Assembly (NCBI RefSeq): GCF_902459465.1
Contig: NC_047066.1
Coordinates: 5,766,001 to 5,830,000 of the forward strand
From: Asterias rubens
Lineage: Eukaryota
Reading direction: 5' to 3'
DNA length: 64,000 nt
The notes beneath the pieces were generated by a model that had not been told where the DNA came from, ran no database searches, and saw nothing but the letters and a program-made list of their open reading frames with translations. Below, piece after piece: positions 48,301 through 58,600 of the stretch (position 1 is the first letter of the stretch; each line of letters opens with the position of its first letter). The position numbers and the translations under genes are program-made.

Positions 48301-51300
48301 GCTTTAAGGAGAAGTTCTCCCGAAATAAAAATGATACAATAACAAATTATTTTTAAGAGCTATTTAAACAGATTGCATGCTATAAGCTTTCTATTTGTTT
48401 TCATTGTGTGTCGGAAATTTAATGGGTGCCCTTTTCAATGGAATCCGGAACGTGTCCATAGGGCTGTTCCACAAGCCTCAACTGATCTGAGCATCCTCAT
48501 TCTTGTTACATTTTTCATTACCATTATCATTGATACGTTTACTCTATAAATTGTGTCATAATGATTCTGTCTGTTCTGATTGTGAGTAATAGGCCTATAC
48601 GAAAACAATGTTTCAATGAATGAATTGAATTTGACTAATAAGTTATACGCGATCTGAGCGTGACTAGTGGTTTGACTTTAATCTATTTAACCGCCGTATA
48701 AACAGACAAACAAGCACAGAAACACACAAACAAACAAACTGAAATAGAAGGCATAAAAACTGCTGTTGTACCTTTTCCTCTCTTTGGCCCGTACCAATCT
48801 TGCCTGCCTTGCGTCTCTGCTCCTGAGCCGTATGGGCCTTCACGACGCCATCCCGTATCGTCTTAATCTTGGAAACACTTATCTTTTTCGATGCATTTTT
48901 GATCTTTTCGTTTTTCTTTTCTTGTTGAGGCGGTCTGGACGGAGGGAAATGAAATGTGTACCGTTGACTCTGTATCACGAGCTACTATTTTGTTATTTCG
49001 TTGAGAAAAAAGACTGTCAAACCCGACTCCAATATGGACTTAATTTGATCCTTCGATGTCGATCCTTTGTGAATGATGCCCGTTAATAAGTTGGCTAAAT
49101 ATTTTGAACTTTGTTATGTATTTCAAGAAATTGGCCGCCATCGTTGATGAAACATTTTATGCTTGAAAGGCTCTCTCCTTGGCTGAGAGATGAGCGCAGC
49201 GCGTACACACGTGCACTTTTCCATTGTTTTTTAAATTAAAGATGGCGGTCAATGACGTCATGCATCCATACCTTGCGATAGATCTAGTGGACGGAGCTCT
49301 CCGTTGATGTTTAGCCGGTCGGTATGCAGCCTTGTGCCAACTGTCAGTCCATGTAGGCGTCAATCGCTTCTTGTGATGGTTGAGTTTATGATGCTGGTGG
49401 CCATGGTAGCTCATTCGGTTTTCTCGGCTACGAGCTTTTTTCATCTTGAAAAAAAACGGTAGATTGAAAAGTTTGTTTAAACCGTTTGTTAATGACTCTG
49501 AAAATGAATGGCAATAAAAACTAACTTGATAAGAATCATCGGGGACACTTCTCTACCTCGTGACATCATTTGACGATGGAGAGCAACAGACACAAACTTG
49601 TGCAACATCCCAAAGTGACTCAACTTTTTAAAAAGAAGAATTCTTACCATTTGCCGTCTCTCCTGCGTCAATTTCTCCAGATGGATTTGCTTGACATACT
49701 GGTGGTACTCGTTAAACTGTTTCAGACCACATTTCACCTGACAACAAAGACAATGAATAATCATTAATTAGTATGACTATCCAGAGCCAGTTTCCGTGAA
49801 TTGTATGAAGTTCAGCATTTGGCAAGTGATAATTTGACAACCATTTTTATAAAACAAATATAAACAACTTTGACGAACCGGGTATTAAGATGCTTCTGGT
49901 TGAAAGTACTTGTTAGTCTCCCGAATATAAAAGGTATTGGTTTGCTTAGAAAGTGTTCCAGATAATATAAACTCTCATACTTTACCCTTGGTATACTGCC
50001 ATATTGGGGGGGGGGGGGGATGGAAGAGAGCTAAATAATTGAGAGCTAGTATGTCCTCCCTGTGCCCACTTTCATAAGGTTGTTTCAACAGCAAATTCTG
50101 CTCAGAAAATTTCTTGGCTCAGCAAAAAATTGCCGGGTACCACTCGCAGCAATGGTAACTGTGGTGTTCTGGCTGATAGCCAAAGCAAAGCAAAAGTTTG
50201 TTTTGTTCTGAGAAAACTTTTGTGCTTACAGGCTTTATGCAATTGAGTCCAGTGCCCAATCTCATCGCTCGGCAGAAGCAGAGCCATGAAACCGCACCCT
50301 CTGGTGAGTTGGAGCACTTACCATTCCGCAGGGGGTGAGGAAGCCATTTTGTCTGAGGTGCGAGTACATCTTAGGGTGCGTGTAGTAGCCCCTCAGGTGT
50401 GGGTCATGGAGGCTCCGGTACATCATGTCAAGCCCCTGGGGGCTGGGATCGAACTTCATGTTGGTCGGAGTCGTGAATAACTATTACAAACAGGCAACCA
50501 AAAGTTATTTTAATTTTGAGATCAATTTTGATTTTTGCGATTTAAAATTGTTCGTTTGGAAATAGAAAGGGCACGTTGATAAGTCAACAGCAAAATACTT
50601 CGGCAGAATGTCCTCTTATATAAAGCACCGATTAGCTAAGCACAAAACAATTTATTGTATCAGGAAAAAAGGCTGTTCCCCATGTCATCGTCTGCAACTG
50701 ATTGCCCACATAGTTTTGCTTATAATAGCAGGGAAAAAAAGAATAAAAGGAAACTGTTCACTGTTCTTAACAGATGCACATTATGTGCAGAAGGCTGGAC
50801 TCGCTGTAGGCCTTACGGTAAAAATGAAAAGATGCCTGGAAAATCAATTTCGTTTAAAAACAATTCTGCTTTATTTAAAGGATAATAATAATAGTTACGT
50901 TTCCTTTAGTTCTGCACAAAACGCCAGTAAATTTAGAGCAGCTCTGTTGGGCGCATGGCCATTTTAAAAAATCGCGCGCCGTGCTATTCGACTCCCGGAA
51001 CAGGGTAAATTCCGATCACGTCACGCTTAGCCTACGGGCATCTCGTTTTAAACATTGGGTGCGTTCGTTTAGCTTACCTGGGTCGACCCCGGTTTGTGAC
51101 GTTTTTTTTCCCCCAGGACGAACGTGTGCAGATAATTACCCCCGTTCATCCTGGAAGAAAAAGCCGCCACACACCGGGGTCGACCCAGGGAAGCTAAACG
51201 AACGCACCCTGTGTAGTTCATCCCTGGTCCGAATGATCTTTGCAACTCATGGCGCTGTATAAACGTAAACTTTCACTTTGAAATATAAGCCTCTGCCGAT

Positions 51301-51548
51301 CCACCCACCTTTTCACACAAGGCTGTCGTGTACAACATGATCTTCCCATGTGGTGCTCCCACCAATGGTATCTTACTGTGCATCGGAGTATCCAGCATCC
51401 AGGCAGGCACCGGAGGTCTCTCTGCCGGGGCACAACGCCGCGTTTTACGGCGTCGAGGCTGAGAAGACGAGGGGGATGGCGGAGGTGTTGCCGTGGCTTT
51501 AACATTCGCCGTATGTCGTGCTCCATGTCTGGTTTTTAGAGCTTCCAT
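36309..51548 (-). CDS. FSIP2: FSIP2-like (fibrous sheath-interacting protein 2-like) protein, 12 coding exons, about 1650 aa
   Basis: Exons, 5' to 3': 51309-51548, 50322-50480, 49648-49737, 49272-49444, 48772-48967, 47586-47702, 46870-47017, 46070-46201, 45353-45477, 44450-44942, 41839-43556, 36309-37664. All GT-AG and phase-consistent (4947 nt). The N-terminus LYTTALCEKLF...YRSLHDPHLRGYY...LRQNGFLT...VKCGLKQFNEYHQY matches the recalled FSIP2 motif (FYTTNLGEKLF...YKSLHDPHLKAYY...LKKGGYIT...VVCTLRELNKYRQY). A coiled-coil and long acidic low-complexity exons follow. The symbol rests on the N-terminal domain only. Confidence 0.75.
38015..41760 (-). mobile_element. Probably full-length CR1/L2-group non-LTR retrotransposon in FSIP2-like intron 11, sense orientation
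   Basis: Intact ORF2, a 3' UTR of about 270 nt ending in a GGCC-TTCG-GGTC hairpin then AATAAA (about 38020), and about 500 nt of 5' leader with no ORF1. No TSD found; the 5' boundary is approximate. Confidence 0.8.
38292..41261 (-). CDS. LINE ORF2: apurinic endonuclease plus reverse transcriptase, 989 aa, uninterrupted
   Basis: First ATG at 41261. APE motifs (CNAQSL, ITESW, GDFN, SDH), RT motifs (LRPVSLT, DFSKAFD, PQGTKLGP, YVDD) and a C-terminal RFKNSPIPYFISLLN typical of CR1/L2-group elements. Confidence 0.97.
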   Translation of the reverse strand: MPTINRYTYSNSFLKSLNSNNCLFQPDTHLQSTLIDLLACRKRNKRGCRGGKNLYRKIQVVEAYRPHLQNPTIIRRGVTLSNLTEIKTNTLTSVQEHPKRDFPTFVLCNAQSLVNKFDDFELLLHQESVDVGVITESWFRPDMPDYMLSIDGYEIFSKSRSHAKGGGVAVYVKSQITTSGIPEISVPNELECVWSLLQPKRLPRDTSIIAVCGVYIPPDSSLQDLLTQHLLESMDLLHTKYPDIGFAIMGDFNRMPVNNILKHCNLKQLVKFPTRALATLDLIMTNFNVHYRDPVPLSALGKSDHVCILWRPKVHVIKNQGSKRTFRPMKDTELREFGRWIQEQDWSNVLKAENTQRKADALYESLHGAVDRFFPMQTIITQSSSKPWMSQKVQSLVKKRQVAFGSGRVEVYNKLRNEVRREIKKAKVYFYANRVRILQETNPRKWHQQIKTMSGNTKAVLRILVQGVSDDDHVTIANTINDQFVKVSSHIPPLDLNVLEAYLPAMEPPPSLYPWEVYTELKKVKSNKATGPDGISPKLVKEFAYELSSPLTDVLNCSYKEGVVPKQWKKAIVVPIPKTNPPTADKLRPVSLTDCFAKIGEGFVTNWVLDDIQDKIDPQQFGNVKGISTSHYLVSLLHSLHQSADKVDNIGTVVLTDFSKAFDMIDHTILIEKFIRLGVRRSIVPWLCDFVSNRAQCVRYNQALSEYKVLSGALPQGTKLGPIGFQVVINDAAHDLGEKIKCWKYVDDLTFAENRSCFQPSGLQVVLDEFTEWTNTNKLSLNPSKCQAIQTCFKTKPPPHAELSIAGVPLNFVSEAKVLGVWLQNDLRWDKNINEISKKANQKLYMLRLLKRFGFNDVELITIYKSYVRPAVEYADVTWSSSITAAQEKTLEHLQKRACRTILAQRYTSYADAMQLCGLESLADRRVKHCLSLAEGLAKSERTYDLLPPTRRESHARNLRNAHHYSHLRTRTSRFKNSPIPYFISLLNK
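43589..43936 (+). mobile_element. tRNA-derived repeat flanked by direct repeats of about 90 bp (1.4 copies of a 253-bp unit)
   Basis: Direct repeats 43589-43678 and 43842-43936 enclose a cloverleaf-like core at about 43736-43806 with A box TAGTCTAGTTGG and B box GGTTCGAATCCC. Confidence 0.85.
47941..48303. mobile_element. Family B MITE copy
   Basis: TTAA|AGCCATTGGACAC ... GTGTCCAATGGCT|TTAA. Confidence 0.88.
51048..51210. mobile_element. Short palindromic MITE
   Basis: GGGTGCGTTCGTTTAGCTT.CCTGGGTCGACCCCGG ... CCGGGGTCGACCCAGGGAAGCTAAACGAACGCACCC. Confidence 0.8.
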
Positions 51549-53028
51549 TGGAATTTTTCAGTGAGAACTTAACTTTGACTTTTGAAGAATACTCGTCGCA
51601 TTTGCTCCGAATTCGGCTTACGGCTTAAACTTACTGAACTTTCCAAAGCTCGCTGAAAATGACAAGGCCGGGAGCAAGGCCTGTCGAATTATTACCCGAA
51701 ATGTTACATTTTGTTTCAGAAGCCATCAACGAATTGTAATTTTTCTTGCTAACATAGCTTTTTCTCCTGTGTGAAAAAGACAACTTTGGATGGAATATGC
51801 TTTATTGCGTCGAGCGTCTAAAATGGAACGTTAATTAAAACGCAATTGCGCGATAACCCTGCAAATGTGCAGTCGTGGCACGGAGACAACTTATTTTTTT
51901 CTTCGACGCTGGCGTCCGTTACTGGTGATCGCGCCTGTAAGCATAATACGCACTGCCATGCATGAGGAGGGCGGGTTTATGTAATTTTGGTAGTTGTGTC
52001 CCCCTCTTTGACTGTTTGAAGAAGATTCGTCGCATGTGCTCCTAATTTGGTTATTCATATACTTTTGACTCTGATAGATTAATAGGACACATTAAAACTA
52101 GTATAACATACATACCTGATTTGCAAGTATACGTTTAATCAATACAACTTATATATTCAACAGAATAGAACAATGCATATAATATTATTTACTCTTACCA
52201 AAATAGGCCTATAACACAACATAGATAAAATCGACCCACAACACATTTTGAGACGCAACATTTATAAAATACAATATGAAAAATTCATTCATAGATTTAC
52301 ATAATACTTATTTCAAATAATGATTTGAAACGAAATTGTTTCACACAATATTTGAATAACCTTAGGAACAGAACAATACTTTAAAACAAACAAATACAAC
52401 CAGTACAACTCTCATGTCAATCTCATGCAAAGAAAATTGTGCAGCTCTTGGGGTTTTCACCATTCATGCAATCATAAATACATACTTGGCCAAATACATA
52501 GCCCTGCAAATTATACTGAGTATAGAATAATAAGGCTACCAGCCAAAAAACAATGTCACATGGAACATCTGTGACTGATATCCCGCTGATGATGTGTATA
52601 TTGAGCAGAACATCAGACTATCAACCACATGAAATACAACATGCTTAATAAAGCCTCTGAGTAACTCATCCTGACTTAGGACTATAGCCAAAAGTTTCCT
52701 AAGTTAGGACTATGTTTGTGAAATCATGGAGGTAGAATCAACCCTTGGACCGATATAGCCAAAAACTATCCTGCGGTATATACTTTTTACCTTTTATTGG
52801 ATCCTAGATTTTAATATCCTATTGAGGGTATACATAATACCTTAATTGGGATAACCAATGGGCTAAAATACACCTGCATGACAATGTACACTCCAAATGC
52901 AAAAACAAACATTCATAATACACTTGATTGAAGCCAAACTCCCAAAGAAGGTATAAACGAAACCTCAATTTGGTAAAAATAAACCTACATGGAAAACAAC
53001 ATAGAGGATTGATATACTTTTAACTTAA

Positions 53029-53402
53029 AGGAACGTTACAGAATTGGTAAGAAACAAAAATCGTGAAGATCACAGATTTACATAAAACTTACACGGTCGA
53101 ATGATGATGATAGTTGAAAACATCCCTTGAAATATTTCTGTCTGAAATGTCATATTTGATGAGAAATAAATAATCTAACTTCGCGTCTGGAGTTTATCGC
53201 TCAGTGAGCGTTTTATTCATTTTTATTTTGGCATCGATGCAATGCAAAATCGGTTTTTTTTTCACTATTCTCTCGTCACCTAGATGGCCGATCGATCTCA
53301 AACTTCTACATGTTTGTCAGCTTATGTATATGGTGGGTTACATGAAGTGCTTACACTGCCAGCAACTGTTTCGTAAGCAAAAACTAAATCTGTAATGTTC
53401 CT
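53029..53402. mobile_element. TTAA-flanked MITE, family C
   Basis: TTAA|AGGAACGTTACAGA ... TCTGTAATGTTCCT|TTAA. Confidence 0.85.
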
Positions 53403-54649
53403 TTAAAGATATGTAACTGATATCTCAATAAGCCATTTGCGAGTTAGATTTGAATAATGTCTGGTACTTGCTTAGTCACAATGTACCGCTTACATTTGAA
53501 GTCCTCAGACTATAAGGACAGTTGCTATGTCACATAATTTGGGGCAAGCTTTTTGCGTAGTTAAACGTAAGAGTCAGTGAACATACAATAATCTGAATGG
53601 ATGTGTATGGAACAATGGTACCAGGGTTTGCTCATCTGGAGGTTGCTTAGCAAAAGCTTGCCCCGAACCATTTGACAGAGCAGCTGGCTCTTTAGTCTGA
53701 GGAACTCAAATTTAAGTAGTAACTTGTGACTTAGCAAGTCATTGTAACGGACATTATTCAAGTCTAACTCGCAAATGGTTTGTTTGGTAAAAGGGGTTAA
53801 CAAAACAATACTTTATGAACTTGTACCACAGGGGTTTAATTCAAGAAACCTCAATTGGGTAGCTGTTGGGTTGAAATACACCTACATTCTGAGCCTCAAA
53901 ATGCATTCACCACATAAGACACACATTGCTTACTATACAAAGTTCAAAACATTCCCTGAAAATTGTGATAAAAATTCAAGGCACTTACAAAGTTACATTT
54001 TACCAAACACAAGTTAAAACTGGACATTTTGTGCGACGTTACATTTTCCCTTTAATATGAAACATAGTTAAAATTCTCATCTCTTTTTCAGTAATTTTTA
54101 AGTACACATTTTACGAACTGTACACCAGTTGTGATAGTGAATAAACTCAGAGAGTGTAGTACCTTAAAATAATATACTAGTTTAAAACTCATTAAGCTTT
54201 CTTGAAACTTATAATTAATGCAATATTGAGTGTAGGCAGGTATACACATTCAAACAAAAAGAAAACAAATGATACAACTATCCGATTTCAGGTGGTAAAA
54301 ACTGCACTACAATTGCTTTTATGATAATAATTGGCAACTTTTATTGCATAACAAATGAATAAAATAAAAATGCTAAGAATGTCTAAAAGATTATATGAAA
54401 AATTATTTGCATACTGAGTGCATCTGATATATATTTGTTCGAATGATTAAAATTTAATTTCAGCCAACTGTTTTTAATAAAAACCTGTTCAACAGGTTGG
54501 CATGAGCCTATCACATTAATAAGAGCATTATATCAAACAAATTAAATATTTTAATAAATATTTTATTCTTTCTATATTTACAGACATAAGACCAGTTTAC
54601 TTTGTAAAAGAGAATAGTTAAGGAGTTATTTTGCTCGTGAAACTCTCAA

Positions 54650-55032
54650 AGGAACACGTTGCCTTGGATCGGTCGAGTTGGTCCTTGAAAAGCGTTTGTA
54701 ACAGTTTGTTATAAAATGCATATGATTTGAAAGATATTTTAAAAGTAGAATATAATGATCCACACAAGTATCACTCGAAATTGCGTGGTTTTCCTTTTAC
54801 CTCGTCGACTAACACGGTCGGCTATTTATGGGAGTCAACTTTTTGACTCCCATTAATGGCCGACCGTGTTAATTCGCAAAGTAAAAGGAAAACCGCGCAA
54901 TTTCAAAGCAAATTTGTGTGGAGCATTGTATTCTACTTTTAAAACATCTTTCTAACCATTACGCATTTTATAACAAACGGTTACAAACGCTTTTCAAAGA
55001 CCAACTCGACCGATCCAAGGCAACATAATCCT
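54650..55032. mobile_element. Almost fully palindromic foldback MITE (AGGAAC-type termini)
   Basis: GTTGCCTTGGATCGGTCGAGTTGGTC ... GACCAACTCGACCGATCCAAGGCAAC, with arms continuing to a central ATGGGAGTCAACTTTTTGACTCCCAT. Confidence 0.85.
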
Positions 55033-55410
55033 TTAGAGGCACTGGACAGCTTTGGTAATATTGTCAAAAAACAGTATTCTCACTTGGTGTAACCCAACAT
55101 ATGCATAAAATAACAAACCTGTGAAAGTTTGGGCTCAATTTGTCATTGAAGTTGCAAAAAAATGATGAAAGAAAAAACACACACTTGTCCCACAAATTTG
55201 TGTGCTTTCAGATGCTAGAGAAAGACTTCAGGCATGAAGTCTTTCTCAGATTAATATTTAGTGACAAATTACTTCTTTCTCAAAAACTATGTTACTTCAA
55301 AGAGAGTTGTTTCTCACAATGTGTTATACAACAGGTCTCCATTGCTCGATACCAAATAAGTTTTGATGCTAACAATTATTTTGAGTAATTACCAATGGTG
55401 TCCAGTGCCT
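55033..55410. mobile_element. Diverged family A MITE copy
   Basis: GAGGCACTGGACAGCTTTGGTAAT ... ACCAATGGTGTCCAGTGCCTT. Confidence 0.75.
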
Positions 55411-55618
55411 TTCACAACTCCCAGTATAACAAGTTTAAATTCCTACATACTGAAAGTAGATTTAGTTGCGCACCGAAAATTTTTACACAACTTCTTGCGA
55501 TTTTGCCAACCAGATCACAATATTTCCAGAAATGGTGACAGGATATCTTTTTGGGTTTTGCATTTGTCTGGAATGTCCTCATCCAGCATGTCCAGCGACT
55601 TCCTTGTTTCTAAGACAC

Positions 55619-58600
55619 TTATATTCCTGCTAAGTCATTCAGGACAGCAGCAGTGTCTTGGAGGCTCACCTCATTCTCACTTTGTATCCTGGAGTCAATC
55701 TCCGATGGAATGACCTGTGGTACATGCATTAGAGCCAGGGGTTGGTAACAAGGGTCAAGGGGATGAGGGTGCATTCATGATAAAAGAAGGTCAAGCAGGG
55801 GGATGAAAGAGGATAGAAGTAGAAGGTCAAAGGTCAACTTGGTTTGTTTGCTTGTTTGTTTAAATGATTTTCTCGTCAAGTGAACTCTGCAAACTCCCAC
55901 AAGGGGATATATATAAAGCGCTAAGCTGGCAACGTCCAATCTCTCTCATACAAACATTGGTCTAAGATTATGAATTTCACAAATCAAGAAGATGTGATTC
56001 AGTAACTAGACGACAATACTTATTCTAGTCATTGTGAAATCAGCAGTTGGCTTGTAGGATTCAGATCTACAACCTTGTGAATGCAAGTCATGCGGTCTAA
56101 CCACAGTGAGATAGAGTTTTGATGATTTTGTTCTTTTGCTCTTCGTTTTATTTTGGTTTTTCGCAGGTCCCATGAAGTGACCTATCTGGACCACAGCCCA
56201 AATATTGGTGTTGGAGCAAATTGAAGTTGCACTAATAAAAAAAAAATGCACAATCATTGTGTTGAGTGTCTCTGATGGAACCATGCTAACACTTGCGCTG
56301 AGGTACTTTGTCAATAAACTTATGTCTATCATAATAAACTTTGCATTACATGTATCAACTTATCCTATAAATAAAAGAATTACTTAAGTTTTGATAGCTG
56401 CATTATGATTATTAGTTTTCATAATTGTTTTCTATGAAAGGGGAAGTGAATAAGTATCATAAGGCCACAATATTGGTAAAGATTTTCAAATATTCTGTAA
56501 CTCTTTCTCTGCTTAGGGACGGCTGGACATTTTTTGACTCACTCTGAACACGTTGCTGACTCCCAACACGCAGTTCATGATCTTACTGTAGTAGCACAAC
56601 ACGTACTTGGCGGTAGTGTCCTCTGGGAGATAACTGGCCTTGAATATGACCTGGCATCCAGACTGTTGCTTTGTTTCTCCACCAGGCACTGCCCACACGT
56701 ATGTGACATAGCTCCTGCTAGGCGTCTGGAATCCAACCTACGATGTGTATAAAATATTTAGTTTGTTTCCGGTTTTTATAAATATGCAAACCAAGGAATG
56801 GTATCTGGGCTCAAGCTAATAAAGGCAAAGAATACCTTTGGGTTTTTTGAGCTCTTCGAATGTTTTAGTTCTATATAACAGAGGATGTGTATAATACAAC
56901 TAGGTGCAGGCCTATTCCAGTTCCATAGGATGGATGTTGACAGCTTGACTTGTGTCAAGTCAACAAAAACAAATTGTGTACAAAAATTACCTTTGAGCCT
57001 TTAAATCTTCTCTTCCTTGTCTAAGCGTGATTAAAATCTACACAATTAGATGCATGTTAAACTGTGCCAGGAAGATTTTCTCATTTTTAATTCCAGTCTT
57101 GTAAAAACAATTCTGGCCCAGTGAACATTTTGAGCTACAAGCGCTGTGGTCTTGTTGATTTCCCCAAAAATTTGAGTCCTGTCGTCGAATTGGCTTCCTA
57201 TTTGAGTCATGTTATCTATTGGCTTCTTATTTGAATCCTGTCATCCGATTGGCTTCTTATTTAAGTCCTGTCATCTGATTGGCTTCTTATTTGAGTCCTG
57301 TCATCTGATTGGCTTCTTATTTGAGTCATGTTATCTGATTGGCTTCTTATTTCTGAATCCTGTCATCTGATTGGCTTCTTATTTGAGTCCTGTCATGTGA
57401 TTGGCTTCTTATTTGAGTCATGTTATCTGATTGACTTCTTATTTGAATCCTGTCATCTGATTGGCTTCTTATTTGAGTCCTGTCGTCTGATTGGCTTCTT
57501 TTTTAAGTCATGTTATCTGATTGGCTTCTTATTTGAGTCCTGTCATCTGATTGGCTTCTTATTTGAGTCATGTTATCTGATTGGCTTCTTGTTTGAGTCC
57601 TGTCATCTTATTGGCTTCTTATTCGAGTCCTGTCATCTGATTGGCTTCTTACCTTGTAGAGCCCCACCCAGTCCCAACTACTCGTCTTGGCGTTGGATGA
57701 CATGATGTACCGACACTTAGCATCCTCCCCTCTCTGCCATCTCTCAATAGGGTCAAAGGTCACTAAAGGTCGAGCGGTTTCCATGTCGGCCTGATGATCA
57801 AAAGTGAGAAACAATATCATGAATTATACTTTGGTTCATGTGGTTACTGTAATCAAGGTCGAGTCATACTGCAGCGACAACGAAAACGATAACGATCACG
57901 ACGCAAAGAGGATGCATCCTATTGGTTGAATTGCTCCACGCAGAATACGCACACGCTCATTCAACCAAAAGAATGCGTTCTCTGTGCGTCGTGATTGTTA
58001 TCTTTTTCGTTATCACTGCAGTGTTACTCGGCCTTAACTCAAACAAATCTCTGCATACCCATGTTTACTATAAGCAATGAGTGATTTGAGATGCCAGTAG
58101 TGTGTGATTAAGGGATATATTTAGAACTGAGTATTATTATACAAACAGAATGGAATAATCGCCTTAGGGCGACTGTTGACAACTTGACTTGTAATTACAG
58201 TTATGATTAAAGGTAGGTATAAAAAAAAATGCGAGTAGAACGAGCGAGAACGAGCGCATTCGTTATTACCCTTTAACACCCGGTCCTGCACGTAATCGCT
58301 CGAAACCGCACGCTAACGCACGACATCGCTCGGTAGCCTTTGATAATGAAATGCCAAACAAGCGAGTCAATCAAATACACACCAAGTGTAGGCCTATACC
58401 AGTTCCAGAGGTTGCTGTTGACATCAAGGTGTAGACCTAATGAATAATCTTTTAGAAGGGTAACCGATCAACTTACCCCCAATTTGAACTCGGCACTAAC
58501 TGGCTTATGATCGCTCCACCTTATGTTGCCATGGGAATTGTAGGTTACTAGGGTGACACAGTGCTCCGTTTCTTTCCCAACATTCCTGGGGTGGACCTTC

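Noticed and set aside
57328-57705. 125-aa repetitive ORF (CHLIGFLFES)n
   Set aside because: Translation of the 30-bp minisatellite, antisense to INPP5K.
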